Assembly: GCA_958267355.1 (NCBI GenBank) | Contig: OY279575.1 | Span: 1,246,295-1,310,294 of the forward strand | Direction: 5' to 3' | DNA: 64,000 nt | Source of the DNA: an uncultured Alphaproteobacteria bacterium | GTDB lineage: Bacteria; Pseudomonadota; Alphaproteobacteria; JALCBB01 | Shown here: piece after piece, positions 29,303 to 40,470 of the stretch | Position numbering within the stretch: the first letter of the stretch is position 1 | Layout: each line of letters opens with the position of its first letter | Made by a program: the position numbers and the translations under genes | Notes under the pieces: model-generated | Told to the model about the DNA's origin: nothing | Databases searched by the model: none | What the model saw: the letters and a program-made list of their open reading frames with translations, nothing else

Positions 29303-31166
29303 TATGAACGACAGTTTGACTGAGACTTTATCTCCTGACACTGAAATTGACGGCGGAGAGAAATTCGCTGACCTTTTGAAAGAACATCAAATCACGGCGA
29401 CGGACGAGAGCTTAGAAGGCTCGGTCTTGCGTGGGCGGGTTGTGGCGTTTGATGGTGATTATGTTGTTGTGGATGTGGGCTTGAAGTCCGAGGGGCGAAT
29501 TCACGCGCATGAGTTTAAGCGTGAGGGAGAGCTTGAGGGTTTGAAGAAAGACGATATTGTTGAGGTATATCTTGACCGTTTAGAAGACTCGCAGGGGATT
29601 GTTGTTTTGTCGCGTGAGAAGGCGCGGCGTGAAGAGGCGTGGGCGCGTTTGGTGGATGTATATAACGCGGGCACTCCTGTTGAGGGAATTATTCAAAATC
29701 GGGTCAAGGGGGGGTATGTTGTGGATTTGAAGGGTGCGACGGGTTTTTTGCCGTCGAGTCAGGTTGATATTCGTCCGCAATCCAACATTACGCATTTGAT
29801 GGGTTCGCCCCAGCGGTTTAAGATTCTGAAGATGGACAGGAACCGTGGCAATCTTGTGGTTTCGCGGCGTTCGGTTTTGGAAGAAGAGCGGTCTGCGATG
29901 TTAGAAGACACGATGTCGCGGATTAAGGAAGGTGAAATTTTTACGGGCATTGTTAAGAATGTTACTGAATACGGAGCCTTTGTGGATTTGGGTGGTGTTG
30001 ATGGTTTATTGCATGTGACTGACATATCGTGGCAGCGGGTGAATCACCCGTCTGAGCATTTGCGGGTTGGACAGCAGGTTACGGTACAGATTACGCGTTA
30101 CAATCCTGAGACTCATCGTTTAAGCTTGGGTATGAAGCAGCTGGAAGCGGATCCGTGGCAGGGTACGGTGGAGCGTTTTCCTGTTGGTACGAAGCTGAAG
30201 GGGCGGGTTTCTAACATTACTGATTACGGGGCTTTTGTACAGCTGGAGCCGGGCATTGAGGGTTTGGTGCATATATCGGAGATGAGCTGGTCGCAGCGTA
30301 ATGTTCATCCGCGCAAGCTGGTATCGGTGAGTCAAGAAGTGGATGTGGTGGTCTTAGACATTGATGAAAAGCGGCGGCGGGTTTCGTTGGGTATGAAGCA
30401 GGCTTTACCGAATCCGTGGAATGAATTTGCCGAGCGTCATCCGACGGGAAGCGAAGTTACGGGCAAGGTGAAGAACATAACGAACTTTGGTTTGTTTATT
30501 GAGTTGGAGGAAGGTGTTGATGGGATGGTGCATTTTGCTGACTTGTCGTGGGACAAGCCTGGCGAAGAAGTCATCAAGGAATACCACCGCGGACAACAGG
30601 TTACTGCCAAGGTGACCAATGTGGATAGTGATCGCTGTCGTATATCGTTATCCATTAAGCACTTGACGGAAGATCCGTTTGAAGACGGAGATGAAAAGCA
30701 CAAGATTGGAGCGACAGTGACCTGTACGATTTCGTCGGTCTTTAGCGGCGGCGTGGAAGTCACGCTCGGAGACGAGAAGACTCCAGGGGTTATTAAAAAA
30801 GCCGAGTTGTCGCGTGAGCGTGATGGACAAGACCCCAATCAGTTTGCGGCGGGTGAGAAGGTGGATGCGAAGATTGTTTCGCGTGATAAGAAGGCGCGGC
30901 GTTTTGTTTTGTCTATTAAGCAGTTGCAGATTGAAGAAGCCGAGCAGGCGGTGGCGGATTACGGCTCTACCGAGTCGGGAGCGCAGCTGGGCGAGATTTT
31001 GGGTGCATCCAAGCTGGCGGCTCTAGCTCCGACAGGAGACGACACCGCCAAAGCCCCCAGCGAAGCCCCTGATGAAGCTCCTGTGGCTGATGACTCCCCC
31101 GAGCCCACAGACGCGCCCACAGAGCCAACAGACGAGCCCACAGAAGCCCCCAAAGAAGCCCAGTAG
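29303..31166 (+). CDS. rpsA: 30S ribosomal protein S1 with an acidic Pro/Thr/Glu-rich C-terminal extension
   Basis: repeated S1 domains (GSVLRGRVVAFDGDYVVVDVGLKSEGRIHAHEF..., GTKLKGRVSNITDYGAFVQLEPGIEGLVHISEMSW...); start at MNDSLTE rather than the 29136 ORF start. Confidence 0.92.
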
Positions 31167-31645
31167 CCCCCTTGCGGGGGAGCATTCATGCCAAGTCTTA
31201 GGAAACCAAGCAAGGCTTGGCTTCATAGCTTCCAGCACAGGCTAATTGTGTCTAAGCACCTTGCGGTGCGGCGATAGTGCCTAGCGTTAACTCTCTAATC
31301 TGCCCACGGACTTCATAGTTTTAGCCAAGGGCTAATTGTGTCTAAGCACCTTGCGGTGCGGCGATAGTGCCTAGCGTTAACTCTCTAATCTGCCCACGGA
31401 CTTCATAGTTTTAGCCAAGGGCTAATTGTGTCTAAGCACCTTGCGGTGCGGCGATAGTGCCTAGCGTTAACTCTCTAATCTGCCCACGGGCTTCATAGTT
31501 TTAGCCAAGGGCTAATTGTATCTAAAGGTCTTGCAGGGGGCTTCGGCTCAATTAGCCCTTCATTGAAACTATGGGGCTTAACAGTTGGTGGAAGCAAAAA
31601 GGGCTGGCACGAATGCCCCGCCGCAAGGCGGGGAAACCCGCAGAA
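31167..31645 (+). repeat. dispersed element copy: A-module fragment + ~80-bp B-module x3.5 + A-module, between rpsA and ihfB
   Basis: begins one base after the rpsA stop codon; B unit cttcatagttttagccaagggctaattgtgtctaagcaccttgcggtgcggcgatagtgcctagcgttaactctctaatctgcccacgg. Confidence 0.85.
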
Positions 31646-31809
31646 ATCCGTGCTTTTTCGGCTAATTCTTAGGCGTGGCGAATCTTTTTTATTGCCTCAC
31701 GGATGAAAAAATACTATAAAGACAATATCTTACGGGCGGAAACCAGCACTTGAGCCCACGCCTCCCGTGAGCCTGAGGAGAAGCCGTGGTTAGAAAAAAC
31801 GCCAGTACG

Positions 31810-32145
31810 ATGAATCGCAGTGATTTGATTCGTCTTTTGGCAGAGAAGAACCCGCGAATGGACTCCAAAACCTTGGAGCGTTACGTGGATGTTGTCTTTG
31901 AAGCGATCAGCGAAGCCTTGGTGGAAAACCGCCGCGTAGAGATTCGCGGCTTTGGCTCGTTCTGGACGAAAGAGCGAAGCGAGCGTATATCGCGTAATCC
32001 GCGTTCTGGTGAGTCGGTATTTGTGGCGGCGAAACGTGTGCCTGCCTTCCGCCCTGGACGGCAGCTCCGCCGCGAGCTGGTTGAAGCGGGCGGAGCAGGA
32101 AGCCGCCGCCGTGCTTCTGCTTTAGACCCCCGCGATGGAACTTGA
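31810..32145 (+). CDS. ihfB: integration host factor subunit beta
   Basis: MNRSDLIRLLAEKNPRM...RRVEIRGFGSFWTKERSERISRNPRSGESV. Confidence 0.85.
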   Translation: MNRSDLIRLLAEKNPRMDSKTLERYVDVVFEAISEALVENRRVEIRGFGSFWTKERSERISRNPRSGESVFVAAKRVPAFRPGRQLRRELVEAGGAGSRRRASALDPRDGT

Positions 32146-32890
32146 ACTTGCGGCTGAGCCGCTTGCGCCCTTGGCTGATGGTTTTTCTTCTGCTGAAGGG
32201 CGGGCGCGGTTGGCGGCGGCTTCTGTGCTTATTGTCGGAGCGGGCGGGCTTGGCACGCCTGCTGTTCTGTACTTGGCGGCGGCGGGAGTCGGCAAGCTGA
32301 CTTTGTTAGACGATGATGTGATAGAAGCGACAAACCTTGCCCGCCAGATTTTGTATGCGCCTGATGATCTAGCCAAGAGCAAGGCGGAAGTGGTGGGGCA
32401 GAAGTTAGCGAAGCAATTTCCTGAGTGCGGAGTTTTTGCGCATAGAACGCGCTTGGTGGCAGACAACGCGGCGGATTTTCTTTCTGACGCAGACCTTGTC
32501 CTAGATGCCAGCGACAACTTGGAGACACGGCTCGTACTCAACGACACGGCACGAGCGACAGCCACGCCCCTGATTACAGGAGCCATCGGCGGCACGCTGG
32601 GTATTTTGGCGACGATTTTGCCGAGCAGTCCTTGTTATCGTTGTCTTTTGGTGCCGCGAGCGGCGGGTTCAGAAGCGGCGGGTGGCGAGCCACCGCGTCA
32701 GCCTGTCTTGGGAGCTTTGGCGGGTATGATTGGTGCGATGATGGCGAACGAGGCGTTGAAGTTTTTGCTATTTGGCTCAAATCATACGCTGGCGGGCAAG
32801 CTTTTGCTTATGGACAGCCTGACGGGCAGTCCACAGCTATTGCTGGCTGAGTCCCGCCCGTCTTGTCTGACTTGTGGTAAGAATTCCTAA
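32135..32890 (+). CDS. ThiF/MoeB/HesA-family adenylyltransferase
   Basis: LIVGAGGLGTPAVLYLAAAGVGKLTLLDDDVIEATNLARQILY Rossmann/ThiF motif; CxxC pairs near the C-terminus. Confidence 0.75.
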   Translation: MELELAAEPLAPLADGFSSAEGRARLAAASVLIVGAGGLGTPAVLYLAAAGVGKLTLLDDDVIEATNLARQILYAPDDLAKSKAEVVGQKLAKQFPECGVFAHRTRLVADNAADFLSDADLVLDASDNLETRLVLNDTARATATPLITGAIGGTLGILATILPSSPCYRCLLVPRAAGSEAAGGEPPRQPVLGALAGMIGAMMANEALKFLLFGSNHTLAGKLLLMDSLTGSPQLLLAESRPSCLTCGKNS

Positions 32891-32946
32891 AAAGCCCACC
32901 TTAAAAAGCCCCTTAAGAAAGCCCCTTAAGTAAAGAAAGACCTACT

Positions 32947-34281
32947 ATGAGCGAAGCGACAAAAACAAAAGCGCCATCTAACCCCCAACGAGCCGAAGAC
33001 TTTTGCGTTAAGGACTTATCCTTAGCCGAATGGGGCAGGGCTGAGATAACCCTAGCTGAGTCTGAAATGCCGGGCTTGATGGCGTTGCGGGCGGAACACG
33101 GGGCGAGTCGTCCGCTTGCGGGAGCGCGAATTATTGGCTGTCTGCATATGACGGTGCAGACTGCGGTCTTGATAGAGACTCTGACGCACTTGGGCGCGTC
33201 TGTTCGTTGGTCGTCGTGCAATGTTTTTTCGTCTCAAGACCATGCGGCGGCGGCGGTTGCCAAGGCAGGAGTCGCCGTCTTTGCGTGGAAAGGTATGAGC
33301 GAAGATGAATACTGGCGGGCGATAGACCAGACACTGGATGCGCCTGACGGTGGCAAGCCTGACTTGATTGTTGATGATGGCGGCGACTTAACGCAGGTTT
33401 TGCATCGTCCTGAACGGGCGGACTGGCTTGCGACTGTGCGCGGCATTTCTGAAGAGACGACAACGGGAGTCCTACGTTTAGAAGAAATGGCGCGCAAGGG
33501 TACACTTGGTTGTCCTGCGATTAATGTGAATGACTCGGTTACGAAGTCTAAGTTTGACAACCGCTACGGGGTGCGTGAATCGCTAGTAGATGGAATTCGC
33601 CGAGCGACGGACTTGATGTTGTCGGGCAAGGTGGCGATGGTCTGTGGCTTTGGCGATGTGGGCAAGGGCTCGGCGGAATCTTTGGCACGAGCGGGCTGTC
33701 GGGTTTTGGTGAGTGAGATAGATCCGATTTGCGCTTTACAGGCGGCGATGCAGGGGTATGAAGTGGTGACGATGGAAACGGCGGCTCCACGGGCGGACAT
33801 TTTTGTTACTGCGACGGGCAATCGTGATGTGATAACGGTTGATCATATGCGGGCGATGAAGGATTGTGCGGTGGTGTGCAACATCGGACATTTTGACAAC
33901 GAGATTCAAGTTGAAGGTTTGCGTAATTTCCGTTGGCAGAACATTAAGCCGCAAGTGGATCAAATCACCTTTCCTGACGACAAGCGGCTTTTACTGTTGT
34001 CTGAGGGCAGACTGGTGAATTTGGGCAATGCTACGGGACATCCTTCATTTGTGATGAGCACAAGCTTTGCCAATCAAGTTTTGGCACAGCTTGACCTATG
34101 GCAGAACGGAGCGAATTACGAGCGCAAGGTATATGTATTACCCAAACACCTAGACGAAAAGGTGGCGGCTTTGCACTTACAACACTTAGGAGCAGAACTT
34201 TCCACCTTGACTGACTCGCAAGCCACCTACCTCAACCTCCCCCCCCAAGGCCCCTTCAAACCCCCCCACTACCGCTACTAA
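32947..34281 (+). CDS. ahcY: adenosylhomocysteinase
   Basis: [28 protein letters not shown]...GDVGKGSA...[10 protein letters not shown]; 444 aa. Confidence 0.95.
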   Translation: MSEATKTKAPSNPQRAEDFCVKDLSLAEWGRAEITLAESEMPGLMALRAEHGASRPLAGARIIGCLHMTVQTAVLIETLTHLGASVRWSSCNVFSSQDHAAAAVAKAGVAVFAWKGMSEDEYWRAIDQTLDAPDGGKPDLIVDDGGDLTQVLHRPERADWLATVRGISEETTTGVLRLEEMARKGTLGCPAINVNDSVTKSKFDNRYGVRESLVDGIRRATDLMLSGKVAMVCGFGDVGKGSAESLARAGCRVLVSEIDPICALQAAMQGYEVVTMETAAPRADIFVTATGNRDVITVDHMRAMKDCAVVCNIGHFDNEIQVEGLRNFRWQNIKPQVDQITFPDDKRLLLLSEGRLVNLGNATGHPSFVMSTSFANQVLAQLDLWQNGANYERKVYVLPKHLDEKVAALHLQHLGAELSTLTDSQATYLNLPPQGPFKPPHYRY

Positions 34282-34282
34282 C

Positions 34283-34620
34283 CGCCTTGCGGCGGGGCAT
34301 TCATGCCAACCCTTGTTGCTTCCACCAACCGCCCCGCCCCATAGTTTCCAGTAAAAGGTTAATTGAGCCGAAGCCCCCTACGGGGGGAGCGTAAGATTAG
34401 GGGGATTAACTGGCTCCCGTTATGGAGATGAAGACCCACCGAGTGCCCGTAGGGCACGAAACCACCCCCCCTAACTGCCAAAGCTGTCTCCTGCACCCGT
34501 GCTGGACGCACGGGGCAGTCGCCCGCTTTGGTTTCCTGTTAACACCCCCTAGAGGCGAGACGTGGCGAAGCTTGCCGAGCCGTGCAAAAAGGCGGCGCAA
34601 GCGGGCGTAATAAACAATTG
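34283..34620 (-). repeat. dispersed element copy (rc orientation: A-module + C-module variant) between ahcY and the SSADH gene
   Basis: rc matches 13800-14021 (gagccagttaatccc...ggcttcggctcaatta...aactatgggg); begins 2 nt after the ahcY stop. Confidence 0.85.
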
Positions 34621-34626
34621 CAGGAT

Positions 34627-36090
34627 TTACAATCCCGCAAATTGGACGTATTTGGTTTCGGTGAATTCGTCCATGCCTTGGTGGGAGCCTTCGCGGCCTA
34701 AGCCCGACTCTTTGTAGCCGCCAAAGGGGGCGACTTCAGTTGTCATCACGCCCGCGTTCAGTGAGACCATTCCTGACTCTAGGGTTTCGCTAACGCGAAA
34801 GGCGCGGGCAAGGTCTTGGGTGAAGGCGTAAGCGGCGAGTCCGAATTCGGTGTCGTTCGCCATCGCCACGCCTTCGGCTTCGGTCGCAAACCGCACCACA
34901 GGAGCCACAGGACCAAACGTTTCTTCGCAAGCAAATTCCATCTTGGTGTTGGCGTTGGCAATCACTGTTGGCATATGAAAGCAGCCGCCTAAGGTGCCTT
35001 GGTCTCCGCCGCAGAGAATTTCTCCGCCCAAGGACTTAGCGTTTTCTACTTGGCGCAGTACTTTTTCTACCGCCGCTTGATTAATCAACGGACCCTGCTG
35101 CATGCCTTCTGTGAGTCCGTTGCCGACTTTGATCTGTGCCGCCTGCTCGGCAAGTCCGCTGATGTAGGAGTCGTAAATCTTGTCTTGAACAAAAATACGG
35201 TTCGGACAGATGCAAGTTTGTCCGCCGTTGCGAAACTTGCTTTGCATCGTGCCTGTTATCGCTGTCTCTAGGTCAGCATCGTCAAAGACCAACAAGGGCG
35301 CATTGCCGCCTAACTCCATCGCGGTTTTTTTGACTGTGCTGGCACATTGGCGCATTAACTCCTTGCCCACCGCTGTTGAACCCGTAAAGGAAAAAGCCCG
35401 TATCCGCGCATCTTCGGTCAAGACCTTGCCAACTTCGCCCGCCCGCTTGCTCGGGACAATGTTAAACACACCCGCAGGAATGCCCGCTTCGTCCGCCAAG
35501 ACCGCCAAAGCCAAAGCCGATAGCGGAGTCTCCGCCGCTGGCTTCGCCACCAGAGAGCAACCACTGCCCAAAATCGCCGCCGCCTTGCGCGTCAGCATCG
35601 CCGACGGAAAGTTCCACGGCGTTATCACGCCCACAGGGCCAATAGACTGACGAAACACCAACAGACGCGCATCGGGGCGGTGGCTCGGAATCACATCTCC
35701 GTAGATGCGTCTGCCTTCTTCTGCACCCCACTCTATATAGGCAGCACTCAACGCCGTTTCTAAGCGCGCTTCCGCCAAGACCTTGCCGTTTTCCAAAGTC
35801 ATAATGCGGGCTAAGTCTTCTTGATGCTGAAGTATCAAACCCGCCCAACGGCGCATTAACACACTGCGCTCTTTGGCGGTCAGGCGGCTCCAGCTGTGCC
35901 AAGCTTCAGTCGCCGCCGATACCGCGGCTTCTGTGTCGCTTGCGCCCAGATCTGCGACTTCCGCCAAGGTTTCACCCGTGGCAGGATTTTTGACCGCAAA
36001 GCGTGCGTCTCCTGCCCGCCACTTGCCGCCCAGATAGCCGCTGGTTGGGGCTAGCTCTGCCCTGTCTAAGATTTCTAAGCCTTGCCCCAT
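34627..36090 (-). CDS. gabD: NAD(P)-dependent succinate-semialdehyde dehydrogenase
   Basis: aldehyde dehydrogenase family with ELGGNAP and GQTCICPNRIFVQ motifs and a GabD-like N-terminus (ILDRAELAPTSGYLGGKW); start at the internal ATG 36090, the longer ORF N-terminus is not homologous. Confidence 0.8.
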   Translation of the reverse strand: MGQGLEILDRAELAPTSGYLGGKWRAGDARFAVKNPATGETLAEVADLGASDTEAAVSAATEAWHSWSRLTAKERSVLMRRWAGLILQHQEDLARIMTLENGKVLAEARLETALSAAYIEWGAEEGRRIYGDVIPSHRPDARLLVFRQSIGPVGVITPWNFPSAMLTRKAAAILGSGCSLVAKPAAETPLSALALAVLADEAGIPAGVFNIVPSKRAGEVGKVLTEDARIRAFSFTGSTAVGKELMRQCASTVKKTAMELGGNAPLLVFDDADLETAITGTMQSKFRNGGQTCICPNRIFVQDKIYDSYISGLAEQAAQIKVGNGLTEGMQQGPLINQAAVEKVLRQVENAKSLGGEILCGGDQGTLGGCFHMPTVIANANTKMEFACEETFGPVAPVVRFATEAEGVAMANDTEFGLAAYAFTQDLARAFRVSETLESGMVSLNAGVMTTEVAPFGGYKESGLGREGSHQGMDEFTETKYVQFAGL

Positions 36091-36202
36091 GGGGAGTCTC
36101 CTTGCCTTGATATTTGGTTCTTGCACTCCGTCGTTGAGAGGTATAGCATAAGGCAAAAGCTCCGCTTTGTCGCTAGACAAGGCCCACAACCCAAAAGGAG
36201 GC

Positions 36203-36376
36203 ACCATGACTTCAGAAGTACACCTCGCCGCTTTACGCCGCAAACACAGCGGATTAGAAGAAAAGATCACCCTAGAAACGCAACGTCCGCAGCCTGATAC
36301 AGTACTTTTGAGCGAACTGAAAAAACAAAAACTGGTTATCAAAGAAGAAATAGAAAAGCTCTCCGCTTCTGCGTAA
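36203..36376 (+). CDS. DUF465 (YdcH-like) small protein
   Basis: MTSEVHLAALRRKHSGLEEKI...LSELKKQKLVIKEEIEKL is the typical DUF465 pattern. Confidence 0.6.
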   Translation, partial: TMTSEVHLAALRRKHSGLEEKITLETQRPQPDTVLLSELKKQKLVIKEEIEKLSASA

Positions 36377-36850
36377 GCTCCGCCGCCGCCCCGCCAGGCG
36401 GCTTTTTTAATTGACGCCAAGGTGCTTTGGCTCAATTAGCCCTTCCGTTGAAACTATGGGGCTTAACGGCTGGTGGGGGAGCTAAGGGCTGGCACAGATG
36501 CCCCGCCGCAAGGTGCTTGGCTCAATTAGCCTGTTAGCAAAACTATGGGGCTTAACAGTTGGTGGGGGAGCTAAGGGCTGGCATGAATGCCGCACCGCAA
36601 GGTGCTTGGCTTCATAGCTTCCAGCACAGGCTAATTGTGTCTAAGCACCTTGCGGTGCGGCGATAGTGCCTAGCGTTAACTCTCTAATCTGCCCACGGGC
36701 TTCATAGTTTTAGCCAAGGGCTAATTGTGTCTAAAGGTCTTATAGGGGGCTTCGGCTCAATTGGCCTGTTAGCAAAACTATGGGGCTTAACGGCTGGTGG
36801 GAGAGTTAAGGGCTGGCACGAATGCTCCACCGCAAGGTGCCGGTGGTGAA
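36377..36850 (+). repeat. cluster of dispersed-element modules (A x3, B x2)
   Basis: ggcttcggctcaatt...aactatggggcttaacggctggtgg...ggctggcacgaatgc...caccgcaaggtg reiterated; the last ~45 bp overlap the 3' end of the TPR ORF on the opposite strand. Confidence 0.85.
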
Positions 36851-37903
36851 GTGTTTCCAGGCGATGCGGATGAAGCGCCAGGCGGCGGTGAGGTAACTTT
36901 TCTCCTCGTAGGACAAGATTGCCAAGCCGACATAGATGCGTATTTGTCCTGCTTTGTCTTCCATGGATTGGTAGAGCGTCAAGGATTGGTTGTACCACTC
37001 TTCGGCGCTCCCGAAGTCGCCGCGTTTGACGGAAATATTACCGAGATGGTTATAGACCGTTGCGAGTCCGATTTGTTGTTCTTGGTCGTTGACGGACTCG
37101 TATTGCTCAATTGCGCGGTCGTAGAAGGAAATGGCACGCGACCACTCGCGGCGGATTTGCGCAATCTCGCCAAGATGGCTGTAGCTGGAGGCTAATCCGA
37201 GGCGATTGTTTAGGTCTTCGCTCAGTGCTAGGGCTTGTTCGTAGAAGCTATGGGCTTCGTTTAGGTCCTTGTTGATCTGTCCTTGGCTGCCGAATTTTCT
37301 GTAAATTTTGGCGGCTCCGTCTGCACCGCCAATGATATCTTTGCTGGCGAGGTATCCGTAGAAGTAGCGCGAGATTTTGCCGATGGCGTTTTGCACGCCG
37401 CGGGCGACGGCGACATATCCGAGGGCATTGTAGGTGTGGATGAGTCCTGCTGTATCGCCCAGCGACTCGCGGACGGTGAGCGATTGTTTGTACCAGTCGC
37501 TCGCGGATTCAAAATCGCCGCGCAGTTGGGCGATGTTGCCGAGGTTATGGTAGGTGTCGGCGACTCCGTGTTGGTCTCCGAGGTGTTTGCGGGTAGCGAG
37601 CGAGTCGTTGTAGTAGGTTTCGGCTTTGTCTAGGTCTCCTTTATTGGCGGCGAGTGCTCCGAGATTATTGTAGGTGGCGGCGCGGATGCGCAAGTTTTCT
37701 TCGTCCTGCAGGAGTTCTAAGATTTGCAGGTAGCTATCGCGAGCTTTGTTTGGCTTGTTCTCCTCGCGGAATTCGCGGGCGGCTTGGAACAGCTCGTCTA
37801 TGGTTTGCGGCTTCTCCTGCGCCTGTGCTGGACTTGCCAACACAAGTCCTGTGCTTAGAAGCAAACAGAAAAACGAACAAGCGATCTTTTGGACGCGGTG
37901 CAT
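36806..37903 (-). CDS. secreted TPR-repeat protein
   Basis: signal peptide MHRVQKIACSFFCLLLSTGLVLASPAQA; ~7 TPR units (YNNLGALAANKGDLDKAETYY...); the C-terminal ~15 codons are encoded by the repeat element. Confidence 0.65.
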   Translation of the reverse strand: MHRVQKIACSFFCLLLSTGLVLASPAQAQEKPQTIDELFQAAREFREENKPNKARDSYLQILELLQDEENLRIRAATYNNLGALAANKGDLDKAETYYNDSLATRKHLGDQHGVADTYHNLGNIAQLRGDFESASDWYKQSLTVRESLGDTAGLIHTYNALGYVAVARGVQNAIGKISRYFYGYLASKDIIGGADGAAKIYRKFGSQGQINKDLNEAHSFYEQALALSEDLNNRLGLASSYSHLGEIAQIRREWSRAISFYDRAIEQYESVNDQEQQIGLATVYNHLGNISVKRGDFGSAEEWYNQSLTLYQSMEDKAGQIRIYVGLAILSYEEKSYLTAAWRFIRIAWKHFTTGTLRWSIRASP

Positions 37904-38034
37904 ACTTCCCCCGCTTTGTACTCTCCATCAAGAGCGGCAATTATACCACAACCCTAAGTATACATAAATCCTATAAAAATTCCCCCCCGCGGCTTCATCA
38001 CCCCCGCTCTTGCGGGCAATTTGCCACATCTGGC

Positions 38035-38365
38035 TTGTCTTCCAATTACCCTGATTTCTAAGCCGCAGAAAAAGAGGTTAGGCTTGGGCTCTACTTCAAC
38101 ATTTAATTTACGCCCGCTTGCGCGGGCTCTTGCCGCCTACGGCGGCGTCCGCTTCGCTCCGCTCGTTTCACTCCGCTACGCTCGCGCTCGTGCCCTACGG
38201 GCACTCGGTGGGTCTTCGTCTCCACAATAGGAGCCAGATCATCACACTAACCTCACGCTCCCCCCGCAAGGGGGCTTCGGCTCAATTGGCCTGTTAGCAA
38301 AACTATGGGGCTTAACAGCTGGTGGAAGCAACAAGGCTTGGCACGAATGCCGCACCGCAAGGTGC
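38035..38365 (+). repeat. dispersed element copy (C+A modules) between the TPR gene and etfA
   Basis: near-colinear with 13700-14021; ends (…caccgcaaggtg) 2 nt before the etfA stop codon on the opposite strand. Confidence 0.85.
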
Positions 38366-38366
38366 G

Positions 38367-39317
38367 CTAGGGGTCTAGGGCTTTGGATAGGGCGGGGAGG
38401 GCTTCGAATAGGTCAGCGACTAGGCCGTAGTCGGCGACTTGGAAGATCGGTGCATCAGGGTCGTTGTTAATCGCCGCTATTACTTTTGAGTCTTTCATTC
38501 CCGCCAAGTGTTGAATCGCACCCGATATGCCCACCGCAATATATAAATCAGGAGCCACCACCTTGCCCGTCTGTCCCACCTGATATTCGTTGGGAACATA
38601 GCCAGCATCCACCGCCGCTCGCGACGCACCCACCGCCGCTCCAAGCTTGTCAGCCACCGATTCAAGTAAGGCAAAGTGCTCGCCGCTTTGCATACCGCGT
38701 CCGCCCGAGATGACAATGCGAGCGTTCGTTAGCTCGGGGCGTTCGCTCTTGGAAACTTCGTCCGCCGTCCAAGACGACAAGTCCGACTCTCCTGCCTGAC
38801 CCGCCTGACTCGCCACTTCTTCTAAAGTCGCACTTCCGCCTTCGCTCGCCACCGCTTCAAACGAAGTCGCACGTACCGTCAGCAGCTTTTTCGCATCCCT
38901 TGAGCGCACCGTCGCCAAAGCATTCCCCGCATACAACGGACGAACAAAAGTATCCGCCGCAACAATTTCTAACACCTCGGTTATCGGTTGCACATCAAGC
39001 AATGCCGCCACACGCGGAAGCAAGTTCTTCGCAAAACTCCCCACAGGCGCAAGAACTGCATCGTAGTCCGCCGCTAACTCAGCAACAAACGGAGCCGCCG
39101 CTTCAGCACTCGCATGCTGCCAAGACTCCGCACAGACAAGCCGCACCTTCGCCACACCCATAACCCGTGCCGCCAAATCAGCAACCGCTCTGGATGACTC
39201 ACCTCCCATAACCAACAAATCACAAGTCGCGGCAAACTTGCCCGCCGCCGCCACTGCACTCAAAGTCGCGGGCTTTAAAGACTCTCCGTCGTGGTCTGCC
39301 AATACCAATACGCGCAT
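38367..39317 (-). CDS. etfA: electron transfer flavoprotein alpha subunit
   Basis: [11 protein letters not shown]...C-terminal FAD-binding block [37 protein letters not shown]. Confidence 0.92.
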   Translation of the reverse strand: MRVLVLADHDGESLKPATLSAVAAAGKFAATCDLLVMGGESSRAVADLAARVMGVAKVRLVCAESWQHASAEAAAPFVAELAADYDAVLAPVGSFAKNLLPRVAALLDVQPITEVLEIVAADTFVRPLYAGNALATVRSRDAKKLLTVRATSFEAVASEGGSATLEEVASQAGQAGESDLSSWTADEVSKSERPELTNARIVISGGRGMQSGEHFALLESVADKLGAAVGASRAAVDAGYVPNEYQVGQTGKVVAPDLYIAVGISGAIQHLAGMKDSKVIAAINNDPDAPIFQVADYGLVADLFEALPALSKALDP

Positions 39318-39344
39318 GGTTCTTCTCCTGTTGTAGAAAACTTT

Positions 39345-40100
39345 TTACAAAACTTCAGCTTCGTCCTTCAACTTCGCAACCAGCTCTTCCACCGACTGCA
39401 CCTTTACCCCCGCCTTGCGGGCTGGTGGCTCTTCCACCTTCAAAATCTCCAAACGCGGAGCCAAGTCAGACTCGGAAAGTAAATCTGTCGCCGTGATTGT
39501 CTCCAAGGGCTTAGACCGCGCCTTCATAATGTTCGGCAAACTCGCATACCGCGGCGTGTTCAAACGCAAATCCGCACTAACCACACTCGGCAAAGATAAA
39601 CTGCGCTTTTCTATACCCGCATCCACTTCGCGGGCGACCAGCAACTTGTCGCCTTCAACTTCCAACGACGAGGTAAAACAGCCCTGACTCCACCCCAAAC
39701 GCGCCGCCAAAATCTGCGTCGTGCTGTTAAAATCATTATCCACCGCCTGCTTGCCCAACAAAACCAAACGCGGAGACTCACGCTCCACCAAAGCCGCCAA
39801 AATCTTCGCCACCGCGAGTGGCTCCAACGCGCCATCGTGCTGCACCAAAATAGCTCTATCGCAGCCCACCGCTAACGCCGTGCGCAAAGTCTCCTGATTT
39901 GCCGCAGGACCACACGACACCGCCACCAGCTCACTCGCAGTACCCGCTTCCTTCAAGCGCACCGCTTCTTCCACCGCGATCTCGCAAAACGGATTCATCG
40001 ACATCTTCACATTGTCCGTCTCAACACCCGTGCCGTCACCGCGCACCCGAACCTTGACATACGCGTCAATCACCCGCTTTACTCCAACCAAAACCTTCAT
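39345..40100 (-). CDS. etfB: electron transfer flavoprotein beta subunit
   Basis: [19 protein letters not shown]...[19 protein letters not shown]. Confidence 0.92.
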   Translation of the reverse strand: MKVLVGVKRVIDAYVKVRVRGDGTGVETDNVKMSMNPFCEIAVEEAVRLKEAGTASELVAVSCGPAANQETLRTALAVGCDRAILVQHDGALEPLAVAKILAALVERESPRLVLLGKQAVDNDFNSTTQILAARLGWSQGCFTSSLEVEGDKLLVAREVDAGIEKRSLSLPSVVSADLRLNTPRYASLPNIMKARSKPLETITATDLLSESDLAPRLEILKVEEPPARKAGVKVQSVEELVAKLKDEAEVL

Positions 40101-40146
40101 CGTTCGCTATCCCTTGTCTGTCAGAAACCTTCGGACAGAAAACTCC

Positions 40147-40470
40147 GCCCAAAATTTGTTCGTAAAACCCGCTTGAAAACCGCTTTGAAACCTGCAGTGA
40201 AACCCGCGTTGAAAACTTCCGCTGAAAACTCCACCGAAACCCGTGCTGGAAAATCGCGGTGCAACTCGGCTATTTACAGCCTTTTTATCGCCGATGCAAT
40301 CCTGCCTGTCTGGGGGCGTAGTTCTATCTGTCTGGTGGTAAGTCCCTGCCCGTCTAGTGGTGTAGCTCTAAGCGTCTAGTGGTGTATTTCTAGCTGTCTG
40401 GGGGTAAGTCCCTAGCCGTCTAGTGGCGTAGTTCTAGCTGTCTGGGGTAAGCCCCTAGCCGTCTGGTGGC
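40147..40470. repeat. two tandem repeats (15-bp gaaaaccgctttgaa-like x6; ~33-bp gtctagtggtgtagctctagc x5)
   Basis: direct reading. Confidence 0.8.

Noticed and set aside
34627-36435. Full 602-aa ORF as a fusion protein
   Set aside because: The N-terminal 115 residues have no ALDH homology and run into the divergent DUF465 gene region. The internal ATG at 36090 gives a canonical ~488-aa SSADH.
36797-37195. 132-aa + strand ORF
   Set aside because: It is antisense to the TPR protein gene, which has a signal peptide and clear TPR periodicity.
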